Assembly (NCBI GenBank): GCA_026770705.1
Contig: JANJGN010000071.1
Span: 558,001-622,000 of the forward strand
Source: Isurus oxyrinchus
Taxonomy: Eukaryota
DNA length: 64,000 nt
Direction of reading: 5' to 3'
Below are positions 37,401-50,509 of the stretch, one piece after another; within the stretch, counting starts at the first letter, position 1, and each line of letters begins with the position of its first letter. The position numbers and the translations under genes are program-made. The notes under the pieces were generated by a model. It ran no database searches. It was given only the letters and a program-made list of their open reading frames with translations, and had not been told where the DNA came from.

Positions 37401-37950
37401 ACAGTGCAGCACTCCCTCAGTACTGACCCTCTGACAGTGCAGCACTCCCTCAGTACTGACCCTCTGACAGTGCAGCATCTCTTCAGTACTGACCCTCTGA
37501 CAGTGCAGCACTCCCTCAGTACTGACCCTCTGACAGTGCAGCACCATCTCAGTACTGACCCTCCGACAGTGCAGCACTCCCTCTGTACTGACCCTCTGAC
37601 AGTGCGGCACTCCCTCAGTTCTGCCCCTTGACAGTGCGGCACTCCCTCAGTTCTGACCCTCTGACAGTGCGGCACTCCCTCAGTACTTACCCTCTGACAG
37701 TGCAGCACTCGCTCAGTACTGACCCTCTGACAGTGTAGCACCCCCTCAGTACTGACCCTCTGACAGTGCAGTACTCCCTCACTACTGACCCTCTGACAGT
37801 GCAGCACCTCTTCAGTACTGACCCTCTCACAGTGCAGCACTCCCTCAGTACTGACCCTCCGACAGTGCAGCACTCCCTCAGTACTGACCCTCTGACAGTG
37901 CAGCACTCCCTCAGTACTGACCCTCTGACAGTGCAGCACCTCTTCAGTAC
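19406..37950. repeat. 33-bp satellite, main array (about 560 units)
   Basis: Consensus ACAGTGCAGCACTCCCTCAGTACTGACCCTCTG repeated head to tail with recurrent variant units. Confidence 0.98.
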
Positions 37951-38959
37951 AGGGTCCTGAATCTTTGGAAGTCTCTCCTTAATCCTTGGGTGTGGAGGAT
38001 CTCAGAGACTCTCATGTAATTGAGAAGTCACCATGAGCTCAGCAGCAGTCAGAATAGACAGATCTACAACCCAACACTCACACTTGCTGCACAGTTTCAC
38101 CACCAAACCACAAGAATTAAGCAAACTGGCTGAAAATAAAGAGATGACAATTCAGCCTGTGTGGAAAGGTCAGAAGTTTATTGTTTCCTGTTTGTCTCTG
38201 ATCTGCAGCGCAGATAAATATTAGAAAACCACAGAATCAAACAGCACAGAAAGAGGCCACTCAGCCCATTGTCCCTGTCCTGGTCTCCTGGGACAGATAT
38301 CCAATTGGTCCCAATCTCCCATTCTCTCACACTCTGCAAGTATTTTGAAAGATCCTATTGAATCTGCTTCCACCGCCCTTTCAGGCAGCACCTTCCAGAT
38401 CACAGCAACTCGCTGTGTACAATAAAACCTAACCTGCCTGCTCAGTGATGGTTACTCCCATCTGAGGGGATGTGTATTCATGAATTTGGATTCAATCTGG
38501 AACAGGAAGAATTTGAAGGACGATGGGGGAAGAGAGGTGGATTGAAACCAATTGTGTGCTTCTTTTAAAGAGCTAACACAGCCAAGATGGCATGAATGGC
38601 CTCCTGCTATTCTGTGTGATTCTGTGATATGATGAAGAAAGTTCCTTTTCAGCAACATTTTACCTCTTCTGCTGAAACTCTTCATGTTGGAGAAGAGGAA
38701 GTGATGGTTTCCATCAGCGTTTAGTGTGTGTTCCAGTTCAGTTTTAACCGAAACTCAGTGAAGCGGATGGTGAAGGTCATGAACCCACCACAGCGGCACC
38801 TCCAACACATGCAGAGCTCAGTCTAGAGGCGCTTTGTTAGCCTGTTTCACAGGGTCTGCTGGAGTAGGGTCAGTGCTGAGCTTGGGGACAAGTCAGTCTA
38901 CAATGCTGCATCGGAATCAACAATACAACAATATGGGGTTTGGATCGAAATAATTTGAT

Positions 38960-39352
38960 CCTCTGACAGTGCAGCACTCCCTCAGTACTGATTCTCCAAC
39001 AGTGCAGCACTCCCTCAGTACTGACCCTCTGACAGTGCAGCACTCCCTCAGTACTGACCCTCTGGCAGTGCAGCACTCCCACAATACTGACCCTTCAACA
39101 GTGCAGCACGCCCTCAGGAATGACCCTCTGACAGTGCAGCACTCCCTCAGTACTGACCCTCTGGCAGTGCAGCACTCCCACAATACTGAGCCTCTGACAG
39201 TGCAGCATTCCCTCAGTACTGACCCTCTGGCCGTGCAGCACTCCCACAATACTGAGCCTCTGACAGTGCAGCTCTGCTTCAGTACTGACCCTGCAACAGT
39301 GCAGCGCGCCCTCAGGAATGACCCTCTGACAGTGCAGGACTCTCAGTCCTGA
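38960..39352. repeat. 33-bp satellite array upstream of copy B
   Basis: About 12 variant units. Confidence 0.9.
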
Positions 39353-39631
39353 CACCAAGTGCCGGTCTGGTTTGGCAGTCTGAATTTTGCCAAATGAATC
39401 TCGAACAGACGACCTTCTCACTCAGACAGCGAGAGAGTGTTTGAAACCCAATGACCCACAGGAGAAATTCCTGGTCAATGACTTTCCACTTTTGAGCAGA
39501 AATATCATCACAAGTCCAGAACGCAAAGGGTTAACAGCTTCAAAAAACTCTAAACATGAGCTGCATCCTCACAAAGTGACCACTTCCACATTTTGTCTCA
39601 CAGAGACACATCAACCCGTTCTAATTAAATA

Positions 39632-39721
39632 CACAGAGGGAGCAGCACAGGAAGAGGTCATTCAGCCCAAGCAGAGCGTGTGGGCAGTACCTCCCCAGGC
39701 GAGCAGTCGGACAGGTCCTGG
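39632..39721 (+). other. Siglec-like copy B: putative non-coding exon 1 (5' end approximate)
   Basis: G/gtaagt donor at 39721/39722. Confidence 0.6.
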
Positions 39722-40172
39722 GTAAGTAACGGAACGATTGGAATTCACTTCCACGACCAACACCGTCCTTTGTTGATGTTGTGACTTTATAAAGACAGAT
39801 TCCAATGATCGATGCCTTTGAAAGATTTCTACTGATTATTGAGATCTGGGCGTGAGGCTCAAGTCTGTTGTACAGAACATCTTTCTAGCTCAAGGGATGA
39901 GGGAAGTGCACGGACATGAGCTTTGGGATATCCTGAGGTGTTGAAAGGTGCTATAGAAATGCAAGTCCTTCAATGTTTTTCTTTCTTAAAGCCTTGTAAC
40001 TCTCTGCAGAGCACCTATCATCCCACAGAGAATCAAATTAGATCCGTGAAGACATTGTCTAAAAGCAGTTCTGATCTCTCGAGAGCTGTCGGACAAGAGG
40101 TGAGGTCTCATTAACTCCTTTCTCTTTCAGAACTTCAGAGTTAGAAGCTGAGGAAATATCTGGGAGTGGACA

Positions 40173-40212
40173 ATGATCGGGAAATCTTACTTCCTCCTGT
40201 CACTTCTCCAAG
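40173..40212 (+). CDS. Siglec-like copy B: leader exon coding part (exon 40131-40212)
   Basis: ctttcag acceptor; MIGKSYFLLSLLQ; phase-1 donor gtaata. Confidence 0.85.
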
Positions 40213-41324
40213 GTAATATCGTCAGCTCAGACAGATTTATGGTTAATAGTCTTTGTAAAAGATCATTCTTATTGAGCTCTGATTGGGAACCGATTCAGCA
40301 GTGAGCCAGTGTACAAACTCACACCAAGTCCCATTCACCCATCACCCCTGTGCTCACTGATATACACTGACTCCCTGTCTGACAGCAGAATTGGAGGACA
40401 GCAGAGATCTCAGAGGGTTGAAGGGGCTGGATGAGGTTACAGAGGTCGGGACTGGAGAGGGGGTTGGGGGGATTGGGAATTGAGCATGAGAATCTTAAAA
40501 TGGAGGCACTGCTTGACTGGGAGCCTATGTAAGTCAGTGTGGATGGGGGGAAGGGTGGTAAAAGGTTGAGTAGAAAATCAGGGATAAAAACTGGAGGATG
40601 AAGTCTCTCCCGATTCCTTAAACAATGAGGATCCAAAGATATTCCTAAAACAATGAGGATCCAAAGAGATTCCTCAGACAATAAAGGTCCAAAGTGCACC
40701 AATCAGATTGAATCAGATTAGCCAATCAGCTGTGTTGAAGAGCAGACAGGAATGTTAGGCTAATTAGTGATTCATGACGGTGATAATGGGGGGAGTTCTG
40801 AGGGCTCCTAATCCATTGTCCTGTCTTGTAAATCAGCACTGAATGGATCTCAGTTGGTGTGTCTTGTGGACAGTGTGTTGGGTCACATTTAATCATTGAC
40901 ATTAAAGTGATAATTAGAGGCTGCATTTGGACTGAACATGAAGCAGTCACCAGGCCACTTGAAATTAACAATCCAAATGGTCCAGATGAGCAGAGAGCAA
41001 TAGATTATATTTACATAGCGCCTTAACTGTAAAAAAAAAAATCCAAGGGGCTACACAGGAGCATTATAATACAAGGCACAGTGACACTGTCTCACTGGCT
41101 TCACTAAACAGGGTCCTGAGGACCATGAGCCAATGTAGAGTGAACTAGTCCACTCCTGTGTCCAGGACTCTCTTCCATCCATTGTGAAACCTTGGGGAGT
41201 ACCTTGTGTGTCCTGTAGATGGTCCACACTGCAGCCACTGTGCCCCAGTGATGGAGGGGGTGGATATTGAGCCTAATGGATCTTCAAAACATCCAGAGTT
41301 AAATATTGATATTTCTCTCCCCAG

Positions 41325-41693
41325 TTGGACTGTCACAAGAGTGGAAAGGTGACACTCCCCGAGAGGTGACAGCGCAGGAAGGTTCGTGTGTACAGATTCC
41401 ATGTCATTACAGTTATCCATCACATTTGGAAAGCCAACCACGAGGTGGAGTCTGGTTTAATAACGAGAAACAGATTCCCTGGGCTCCCATTGCCTTTCAC
41501 TCCAAGGATCACAGTCACGAGTTACCACGGTTCCACCATCGGACCCGGCTGTCTGGAGACCTGAAAGATGGCGACTGTTCCCTGATTATAAACAACATCA
41601 GACGGGAAGATGCAGGACCTTATTTTTTCAGGATAGAATTTGACAATGGTCCGAGCCATAACTATTACCCTGTAACCCAGCTTCACGTTTCTG
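41325..41693 (+). CDS. Siglec-like copy B: V-set exon (Arg retained)
   Basis: 369 nt, VGLSQEWKGD...SCVQIPC...GDCSL...YFFRIE...LHVS; canonical ag and gtaag. Confidence 0.92.
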
Positions 41694-42164
41694 GTAAGTG
41701 CTGTGTTATAATTACTCAACAATTCACATTCAACACTCAATGGGAAATAACACAAACTTTGACATTTACATATTAACACAAAACACAGCTTAATATAACA
41801 CACTGTCTGATTCTCAATAACCTGGTGATAGCTTCCGGTTCAGTCCTAAAGCAATCTCTAATACTCACTTTAATATCAATGATGAAAAGCATTAACTGTA
41901 TTATCAGGTTACCACACCCATCAATCTCTCCTGTCCTGTTTAAAAGTCTGACGTATCGATAAAAGAAAGATGTGCATTTCTGCAGCGCAATTTACCACCT
42001 CAGGAGGATCCAAATCCCTTCACAGCCAATGAAATTATTCCTGAATTGTGGTCACAGATGTTAAACACAGCAGGCAGTTTGTGCACAGCAAGATCCAACA
42101 AACCACAAGGTGATAAATCACCCAGATCACTGAGGAAATGAGAAGCCAGTGAACTCAAACCTCT

Positions 42165-42300
42165 GGTCTGATGAAGAGTCATACGAACTCGAAACGTTAA
42201 CCCTGTCTTCCTCTCCACTGATACTGTCAGACCTGCTGAGTCTTTCCAGCAATTTTTGTTTTTGTTTCAGATTTCCAGCATCCGCAGTATTCTGCTTTTA
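42165..42300 (+). mobile_element. Penelope-like terminal fragment with hammerhead-ribozyme-like core
   Basis: CTGATGA, hairpin, GAAA, CGTTA; paralog at 54106-54241. Confidence 0.55.
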
Positions 42301-42551
42301 ACTCCAATCTCTGGTCTGAGCCTCTTCTCTCATCCAGTGTTCTCAATTCACATGTCTCGGAGTGAACGTGTATTAAGCTGAGAGACAGAAACACAACTGC
42401 CAAAGAGCAAGAAAATCTTTCCTGATCATTGTAACCTCTCAGTTCTGATATCATCCTTGTAAAAGTGCTTTCTCTTGTGGGACTGTGATTTCTATTTGAA
42501 CTGATGCTTCACGTTATATTTCTCTAAAAGGATCCATTCTCTGTCTGTTAG

Positions 42552-42848
42552 ATTTCACAGATAAACCCACGATATTCCCTGCTGAAATTATTGCAGGAAA
42601 GCGTGTGGATGTAAGCTGCACCTTCAACACAACGTGCAATGGAACAGCAGCACCTGTCTTAACCTGGGACACTCCCACTGACGTACCTGGATCCGTCTCA
42701 AACACTGTAACTCAGCATGGTGTCACTCTGACCTATACTTCTGTTCTGACCCTGATCCCATCACTCAAACACCACGGACACACTCTCAGCTGCAGAGTGA
42801 GATATCCATCTGTTTCATCGGAGCGGACCCTCGTACTAACTGTGCAAT
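42552..42848 (+). CDS. Siglec-like copy B: intact C2-set domain-2 exon
   Basis: 297 nt open, phase 1-1, DFTDKPTIFP...LVLTVQ, donor gtaagt. Confidence 0.9.
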
Positions 42849-43064
42849 GTAAGTACGGACACCTTTCATTGTACATTAGCTAGAACAGTGTAGATAATGC
42901 ACAGCAGGATCCCATAGAAAGGTATTCTGATGAGAATCAGATAATCTGTTTTTTAGGGAAAATAGTGACCAGAACACAATTAATAACAGTTTCTGAACAG
43001 TAACACAGCGGCTTTTATTTCCAGCCAAGAGACCGATAGAGCAGAGCAGGAATCGCAATGTACT

Positions 43065-43325
43065 CACCCCCTGACAGTGCAGCACTCCCTCAGTACTGAC
43101 CCTATGACAGTGCAGCACTCCCTCAGTACTGACCCTATGACAATGCAACACTCCCTCAGTACTGACCCTCTGACAGTCAGCACTCCCTCAGTACTGACCC
43201 TCCGACAGTGCAGCACTCCCTCAGTACTGACCCTCTGACAGTGCAGCACTCCCTCAGTCCTGACCCACTGACAGTGCAACACTCCCTCAGTAATGACCCT
43301 TTGACAGTGCTGCTCTCCCTCAGTA
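43065..43325. repeat. 33-bp satellite short array
   Basis: About 8 units. Confidence 0.9.
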
Positions 43326-43439
43326 TTGCCTTTAAACTAAATAGATGGGGAGAGTGTTCTGGAGAGGGTATATGTAGGCTTACAAAGCAAAAGGATTTGC
43401 CAGCATTGCAGGATAGCTGTTTTGGTGATGATACCCAGT

Positions 43440-46380
43440 GTGTGACAGGTGGGTACACAGTGTCCAAACATTAAAATACATCAGCAAATAGAGTCAGAGG
43501 GAGGAAAATGATAAAAAGACAAAATTAATGGCTCTTGACTTAAATGCACATAGTATTTGGAACAAAATAAATGAATTAAAGGCAAAAATAGAGGTTAATG
43601 GGTTTGATCTTATAGCCATTATGGAGACATGGTTACAAGGAGATCAAAGCTTTGAAATAAATATTCAGGGGTATGTGTCTTTTCAAAAAGACAGGCAGGA
43701 AGGAAAGGTGGTGGGGTAGCTTTGTTAATAGGAGATGGAATAAGTACGAAAGCAAGAAATGATCTTGGATCGGAGGGTATAGAATCCATATGGCTCGAGG
43801 TAATGAATAACAAGGGGAGGTAGGAACTGGTGGGAGTGGTCTATCAGCCCCATGACTGTAGCTCGGCTGTAGGACAGAGAATAAATCATGAGATAATGAG
43901 GGCATGTAAAAAAGGCAGTACATTAATCTTCATGTAGATTGGGAAAACCCAATTGGCAGAGGTAGCCATGAGCAAGAATTCATAGAGTGTATTCAAGACA
44001 GTTTCCTGGAATAATATGTCGTGGATCTAACCAGGGATCAGGCTATTTTGGATCTGGTAATGTGTAATGAGGCAGGTTTCATACATGATCTCAGAATAAA
44101 TGATCCCGTGGAAAACAGTGAACATAACCTGGTAGAATTTAGCATTCCCTCTGAGACTGAGAAACCTGGGTCGGAAACAACTGTGCTGGACTTAAATAAG
44201 TGTAATTACAAAGGAATAAGGACAGGGTTGTCTGGAGTGGACTGGGAAAGGGGTTTAGCAGAAAAGATGCTGGATGAACAAAGCAGATGTTTAAGAAAAT
44301 AGCTCATGACTCACAACAACGATATATCCCAGTGAGAAAGAAGGATTGTAGGAAGAGAATAAACCAACCTGGGTTACCCAAAGAAGTTAAGGTGTGTGTC
44401 AAATTGAAAGAAAAAACATGCAGCACGACAAAGATTAGTGGTAAGCCAGAGGATTGAGAGAGTTTTAAAAACCAACAGAAGATGACCAAAAAATAAATAA
44501 AGAGGGAGAAAACTAGGTAAACTAGCAATTGATATAAAAAAGGACAATAAAAGCTCCTTTAAATATATAAAAAGGGAGAGAGAGACCAAACTGTTCATAG
44601 GCCCCTTAGAGAACTAGGCTGGGGAAATAATAATGGGGAACCAGAAAATGACAGAGGAGTTGAATAAATACTTTGCATCAGTCTTCACGGTAGAACACAC
44701 TAATATCATTCCAAAAATACTAAATAATCAAGGGGCAAAAGGGGGGTGGGGAGAGGAAATAAATACAATAACTATCACTAGAGAATAACGCTAGTGAAAC
44801 TAATGGGTCTCAAGTCTGATAGGTCCCCTGGACCTGATAGGTTGCATCTTAGGATATTAAAGGAAGTAGATGCAGAGATAGTGGATGTACTGGTTTTAAT
44901 CTTCCAAGAATCCTTAGATTCTGGGAAACTCCCAGAGGATTGGAAATCTGCCAAAGTAACACCCATATTCAAAAAGGGAGGGAGACAACAAACAGGTAAC
45001 TATAGGCCAGTTAGCTTAACATCTGTCATTGGGAACATGTTAGAGTCCATTATAAAGGATGTAATAGCAGACTATTTAGAAATGCATAATTTAAACAAAC
45101 ACAGGCTTCATGAAGGGGAAATCATGCATGACAAATTTATTAGAATTCTTTGAGGAGGTAACAAACAGGATAGATAAAGGGGAACCAGTAGATGTAATAT
45201 ATTTGGATTTCCAAAAGGCATTCAGTAAAGTACCACATATAAGGCTACTTAATAAGATAAGAGCCCATGGTGTTGGGGGCAGTATATTAGCATGGATAGA
45301 GGATCGGCTAACTAATAGAAGTCAGAGAGTTGGGATAAGGGGGGCATTTTCAGGATGACAACCTGTGGATTGCCACACGGATCAGTGCTGGGGCCACAAT
45401 TATTTACAATATATATTAATGACTTGGATGAGGGAAATTAATGTACTATCGCCAAGTTTGCGGATGACACAAAAATAGATGGGAAGGCAAGCGGTGAGGG
45501 TGACACGAAGAGTCTACAGAGAGACATAGACAGGTTCAGTGAGTGGACATCAACTTGGCAGATGGAATATAATGTGGGAAAATGTGAGCTGCTGCACTGT
45601 GGCAGGATGTATAGAGGAGCTGAATATTATTTCAATGGAAAAAGACATTGGAAAGCTGAAGCATAGAGGAATTTGGGGGTCATCAGAAAGATAACATACA
45701 AGTTCAACAGTTAATAGGGAAGGCAGGTGGAATGTTGGCCTTTATTTCAAAGGGAATGGAGTATAAAAATAGGGAAGTCTTGCTAAAACTTTACAAGGCA
45801 CTAGTTAGACCACACCTAGAATACTGTGAGCAGTTTTGGTTCCCTTATCTAAGGAAAGATGTACTGGCATTGGAGGCAGTCCAGAGAAGGTTCACTAGGT
45901 TGATCCCAGTAATGGAGGGATTTTCATATGAGGAGAGGTTGAGTAGGATGGGCCTGTACTCATTGGAGTTTAGGAGAATGAGAGCTGACCTTATTGAAAC
46001 ATATAAGATTCTTAGGGTGCTTGACAGGGTAGATGCTGAGAGGTTGTTTCCCCTTGTGGGAGAGTCTAGGACCAGAGGGCATAATCTCAGAGTAAGGGGT
46101 CACCCATTTAAGACAGAGATGAGGAGTTTCTTCTCTCAGAGGGTAGTGAATGTGTGGAATTCTTTACTGCAGAGAGCTGCAGAGGCTGGGTCATTAATTA
46201 TATTCAAGGCTGAGATACACAGTTTTTTAATCAGTCAGGGAATCAAAGGCTATGGGGAAGTGGCAGGAAAGTGGAGTTGAGGATTGTCAGATCAGCCATG
46301 GTGTCATTGAATGGCGGAGCAGAGTTGATTGGTCGAATGGCCTCCTTCTGCTCTGACGTCCTGTGGTCTTATGGTCTTAT
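43440..46380 (+). mobile_element. CR1-clade LINE, near-complete but inactivated ORF2
   Basis: Endonuclease (LNAHSI, IAIMETWL, ILDLVM) and RT (NYRPVSLTS, YLDFQKAF, KFADDT) motifs with many stops and frameshifts; ends in ggtcttat repeats. Confidence 0.92.
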
Positions 46381-49300
46381 CACCCTCCGACAGTGCAGAT
46401 CTCCCTAATTACTGACCCTCCAACAGTGCAGCACTCCCTCAGTACTGACCCTCTGGCAGTGCAGCATTCCCTAAGTATTGACCCTCCAACAGTGCAGCAC
46501 TCCCTCAGTACTGACCCTCCAACAGTGCAGAGCTCCCTAATTACTGACCCTCCGACAGTGCAGCACTCCCTCAGTACTGACCCTCCGACAGTGCAGCATT
46601 CCCTAAGTACTGACCCTCCGAGAGTGCAGCACTCTTCCAGTACTGGCCCTCCAACAGTGCAACACTCCCCTAGTACTGACCCTCCAACAGTGCAGCACTC
46701 CCTCAGTACTGACCCTCCAACAGTGCAGCACTCCCTCAGTACTGACCCTCTGACAGTGCACCACTCCATCAGTACTGACCCTCCGACAGTGCAGCACTCC
46801 CTCAGTACTGATCTTCCAACAGTGCAGCAGTCCATCAGTACTGACCCTCCGACAGTGCACCACTCCCTGAGTCCTGATCCTCCAACAGTGCAGCACTCCC
46901 TCAGTACTGATCCTCCAACAGTTCAGCACTCCCTCAGTACTGATTCTCTGACAGTGAAGTACTTGCTCAGTACTGACTATGCGGCAGTGCAGCTTTCACA
47001 GTACCTGCCCTCCAACAGTGCAGCAGGTCATCAGTACTCACGCGCCAAGAGGGCAGCTCTCCCTCAGTACTGACCCTCCCACAGTGCAGCACTACCTCAG
47101 TACTGACCCTCCAACAGTGCAGCACACCATCAGTACTGACCCTCCAACAATACAGCACTCCCTCAGTACTGAACTGAAGTGTCTGCCTGAATTAAGTGCT
47201 TTGTGGTGAAGGAACCTACATTGATATCACACGTTTCACATTCTCAGGGTCCCTCTTCAGTACTGACCCTCTGACAGTGCAGCATTGCTTCAGTACTGAC
47301 TCTCTTACAGTGCAGCACTCCCTCAGTACTGACCCTCTGACAGTGCAGCACTCCCTCAGTACTGATCCTCCGACAGTGCAGCATTCCCTAAGTACTGACC
47401 CTCCGAGAGTGCAGCACTCTTCCAGTACTGGCCCTCCAACAGTGCAACACTCCCCTAGTACTGACCCTCCAACAGTGCAGCACTCCCTCAGTACTGACCC
47501 TCCAACAGTGCAGCACTCCCTCAGTACTGACCCTCTGACAGTGCACCACTCCATCAGTACTGACCCTCCGACAGTGCAGCACTCCCTCAGTACTGATCTT
47601 CCAACAGTGCAGCAGTCCATCAGTACTGACCCTCCGACAGTGCACCACTCCCTCAGTCCTGATCCTCCAACAGTGCAGCACACCCTCAGTACTGATCCTC
47701 CAACAGTTCAGCACTCCCTCAGTACTGATTCTCTGACAGTGAAGTACTTGCTAAGTACTGACTATGCGGCAGTGCAGCTTTCACAGTACCTGCCCTCCAA
47801 CAGTGCAGCAGGTCATCAGTACTCACGCGCCAAGAGGGCAGCTCTCCCTCAGTACTGACCCTCCCACAGTGCAGCACTACCTCAGTACTGACCCTCCAAC
47901 AGTGCAGCACTCCATCAGTACTGACCCTCCAACAATACAGCACTCCCTCAGTACTGAACTGAAGTGTCTGCCTGAATTAAGTGCTTTGTGGTGAAGGAAC
48001 CTACATTGATATCACACCTTTCACATTCTCAGGGTCCCTCTTCAGTACTGACCCTCTGACAGTGCAGCATTGCTTCAGTACTGACTCTCTTACAGTGCAG
48101 CACTCCCTCAGTACTGACCCTCTGACAGTGCAGCACTCCCTCAATACTGACCCTCTGACAGTGCAGCATTGCTTCAGTACTGACCCTCTGACAGTGCAGC
48201 ACTCCCTCAGTACTGACCCTCTGACAGTGCAGCATTGCTTCAGTACTGACCCTCTGACAGTGCAGCACTCCCTCAGTACTGACCCTCTGACAGTGCAGCA
48301 CTCCCTCAGTACTGACCCTCTGACAGTGCAGCACTCCCTCAGTACTGACCCTCTGACAGTGCAGCACTCCCTCAGTACTGACCCTCTGACAGTGCAGCAC
48401 TCCCTCAATACTGACCCTCTGACAGTGCAGCACTCCCTCAGTACTGACCCTCTGACAGTGCAGCACTCCCTCAGGACTGACCCTCTGACAGTGCAGCACT
48501 CCCTCAGTACTGACCCTCTGACAGTGCAGCACTCCCTCAATACTGACCCTCTGACAGTGCAGCACTCCCTCAGTACTGACCCTCTGACAGTGCAGCACCC
48601 CCTCAGTAATGACCCTCTGACAGTGCAGCACTCCCTCAGTACTGACCCTCTGACAGTGCAGCACTCCCTCAGTACTGACCCTCTGACAGTGCAGCACTCC
48701 CTCAGTACTGACCCTCTGACAGTGCAGCACTCCCTCAGTACTGACCCTCTGACAGTGCAGCACTCCCTCAATACTGACCCTCTGACAGTGCAGCACTCCC
48801 TCAGTACTGACCCTCTGACAGTGCAGCACTCCCTCAGTACTGACCCTCTGACAGTGCAGCACTCCCTCAGTACTGACCCTCTGACAGTGCAGCACTCCCT
48901 CAGTACTGACCCTCTGACAGTGCAGCACTCCCTCAGTACTGACCCTCTGACAGTGCAGCACTCCCTCAGTACTGACCCTCTGACAGTGCAGCACTCCCTC
49001 AGTTCTGACCCTCTGACAGTGCAGCACTCCCTCAGTACTGACCCTCTGACAGTGCAGCACTCCCTCAGTACTGACCCTCTGACAGTGCAGCACTCCCTCA
49101 GTACTGACCCTCTGACAGTGCAGCACTCCCTCAATACTGACCCTCTGACAGTGCAGCACTACCTCAGTACTGACCCTCTGACAGTGCAGCACTCCCTCAG
49201 TACTGACCCTCTGACAGTGCAGCACTCCCTCAGTACTGACCCTCTGACAGTGCAGCACTCCCTCAGTACTGACCCTCTGACAGTGCAGCACTCCCTCAGT

Positions 49301-49500
49301 ACTGACCCTCTGACAGTGCAGCACTCCCTCAGTACTGACCCTCTGACAGTGCAGCACTCCCTCAGTACTGACCCTCTGACAGTGCAGCACTCCCTCAGTA
49401 CTGACCCTCTGACAGTGCAGCACTCCCTCAGTACTGACCCTCTGACACTGCAGCACTCCCTCAGTACTGACCCTCTGACAGTGCAGCACCTCTTCAGTAC
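46381..49500. repeat. 33-bp satellite array containing a 785-bp tandem duplication
   Basis: Divergent units followed by homogeneous units; non-repeat spacer at 47171-47255 repeated at 47956-48040. Confidence 0.95.
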
Positions 49501-50509
49501 AGGGTCCTGAATCTTTGGAAGTCTCTCCTTAATCCTTGGGTGTGGAGGATCTCAGAGACTCTCATGTAATTGAGAAGTCACCATGAGCACAGCAGCAGTC
49601 AGAATAGACAGATCTACAACCCAACACTCACACTTGCTGCACAGTTTCACCACCAAACCACAAGAATTAAGCAAACTGGCTGAAAATAAAGAGATGACAA
49701 TTCAGCCTGTGTGGAAAGGTCAGAAGTTTATTGTTTCCTGTTTGTCTCTGATCTGCAGCGCAGATAAATATTAGAAAACCACAGAATCAAACAGCACAGA
49801 AAGAGGCCACTCTGCCCATTGTCCCTGTCCTGGTCTCCTGGGACAGATATCCAATTGGTCCCAATCTCCCATTCTCTCACACTCTGCAAGTATTTTGAAA
49901 GATCCTATTGAATCTGCTTCCACCGCCCTTTCAGGCAGCACCTTCCAGATCACAGCAACTCGCTGTGTACAATAAAACCTAACCTGCCTGCTCAGTGATG
50001 GTTACTCCCATCTGAGGGGATTTATATTCATGAATTTGGATTCAATCTGGAACAGGAAGAATTTGAAGGACGATGGGGGAAGAGAGGTGGATTGAAACCT
50101 ATTGTGTGCTTCCTTTAAAGAGCTAGCACAGCCAAGATGGCATGAATGGCCTCCTGCTGTTCCGTGTGATTCTGTGATATGATGAAGAAAGTTCCTTTTC
50201 AGCAACAGTTTACCTCTTCTGCTGAAACTCTTCATGTTGGAGAAGAGGAAGTGATGGTTTCCATCAGCGTTTAGTGTGTGTTGCAGTTCAGTTTTAACCG
50301 AAACTCAGTGAAGCGGATGGTGAAGGTCATGAACCCACCACAGCGGCACCTCCAACACATGCAGAGCTCAGGCTAGAGGCGCTATGTTAGCCTGTTTCAC
50401 AGGGTCTGCTGGAGTAGGGTCAGTGCTGAGCTTGGGGACAAGTCAGTCTACAATGCTGCATCGGAATCAACAATACAACAATATGGGGTTTGAATCAGAA
50501 ATAATTTGA

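Noticed and set aside
19406-37950. CRISPR-like array
   Set aside because: Units are contiguous with no unique spacers, no cas genes, and the context is vertebrate
39387-39725. Repeated 112-aa ORF MPNE...TGPG (also 12938-13276 and 50905-51243) as a small gene family
   Set aside because: Starts at TTG, its stop is part of the gtaagt donor, it is not preserved in copy D, and it is explained by duplication of promoter and exon 1
41325-41693. V exons as rearranging Ig, IgNAR or TCR V segments
   Set aside because: They lack the F-strand YYC, include their own G strand and end in a splice donor rather than a recombination signal
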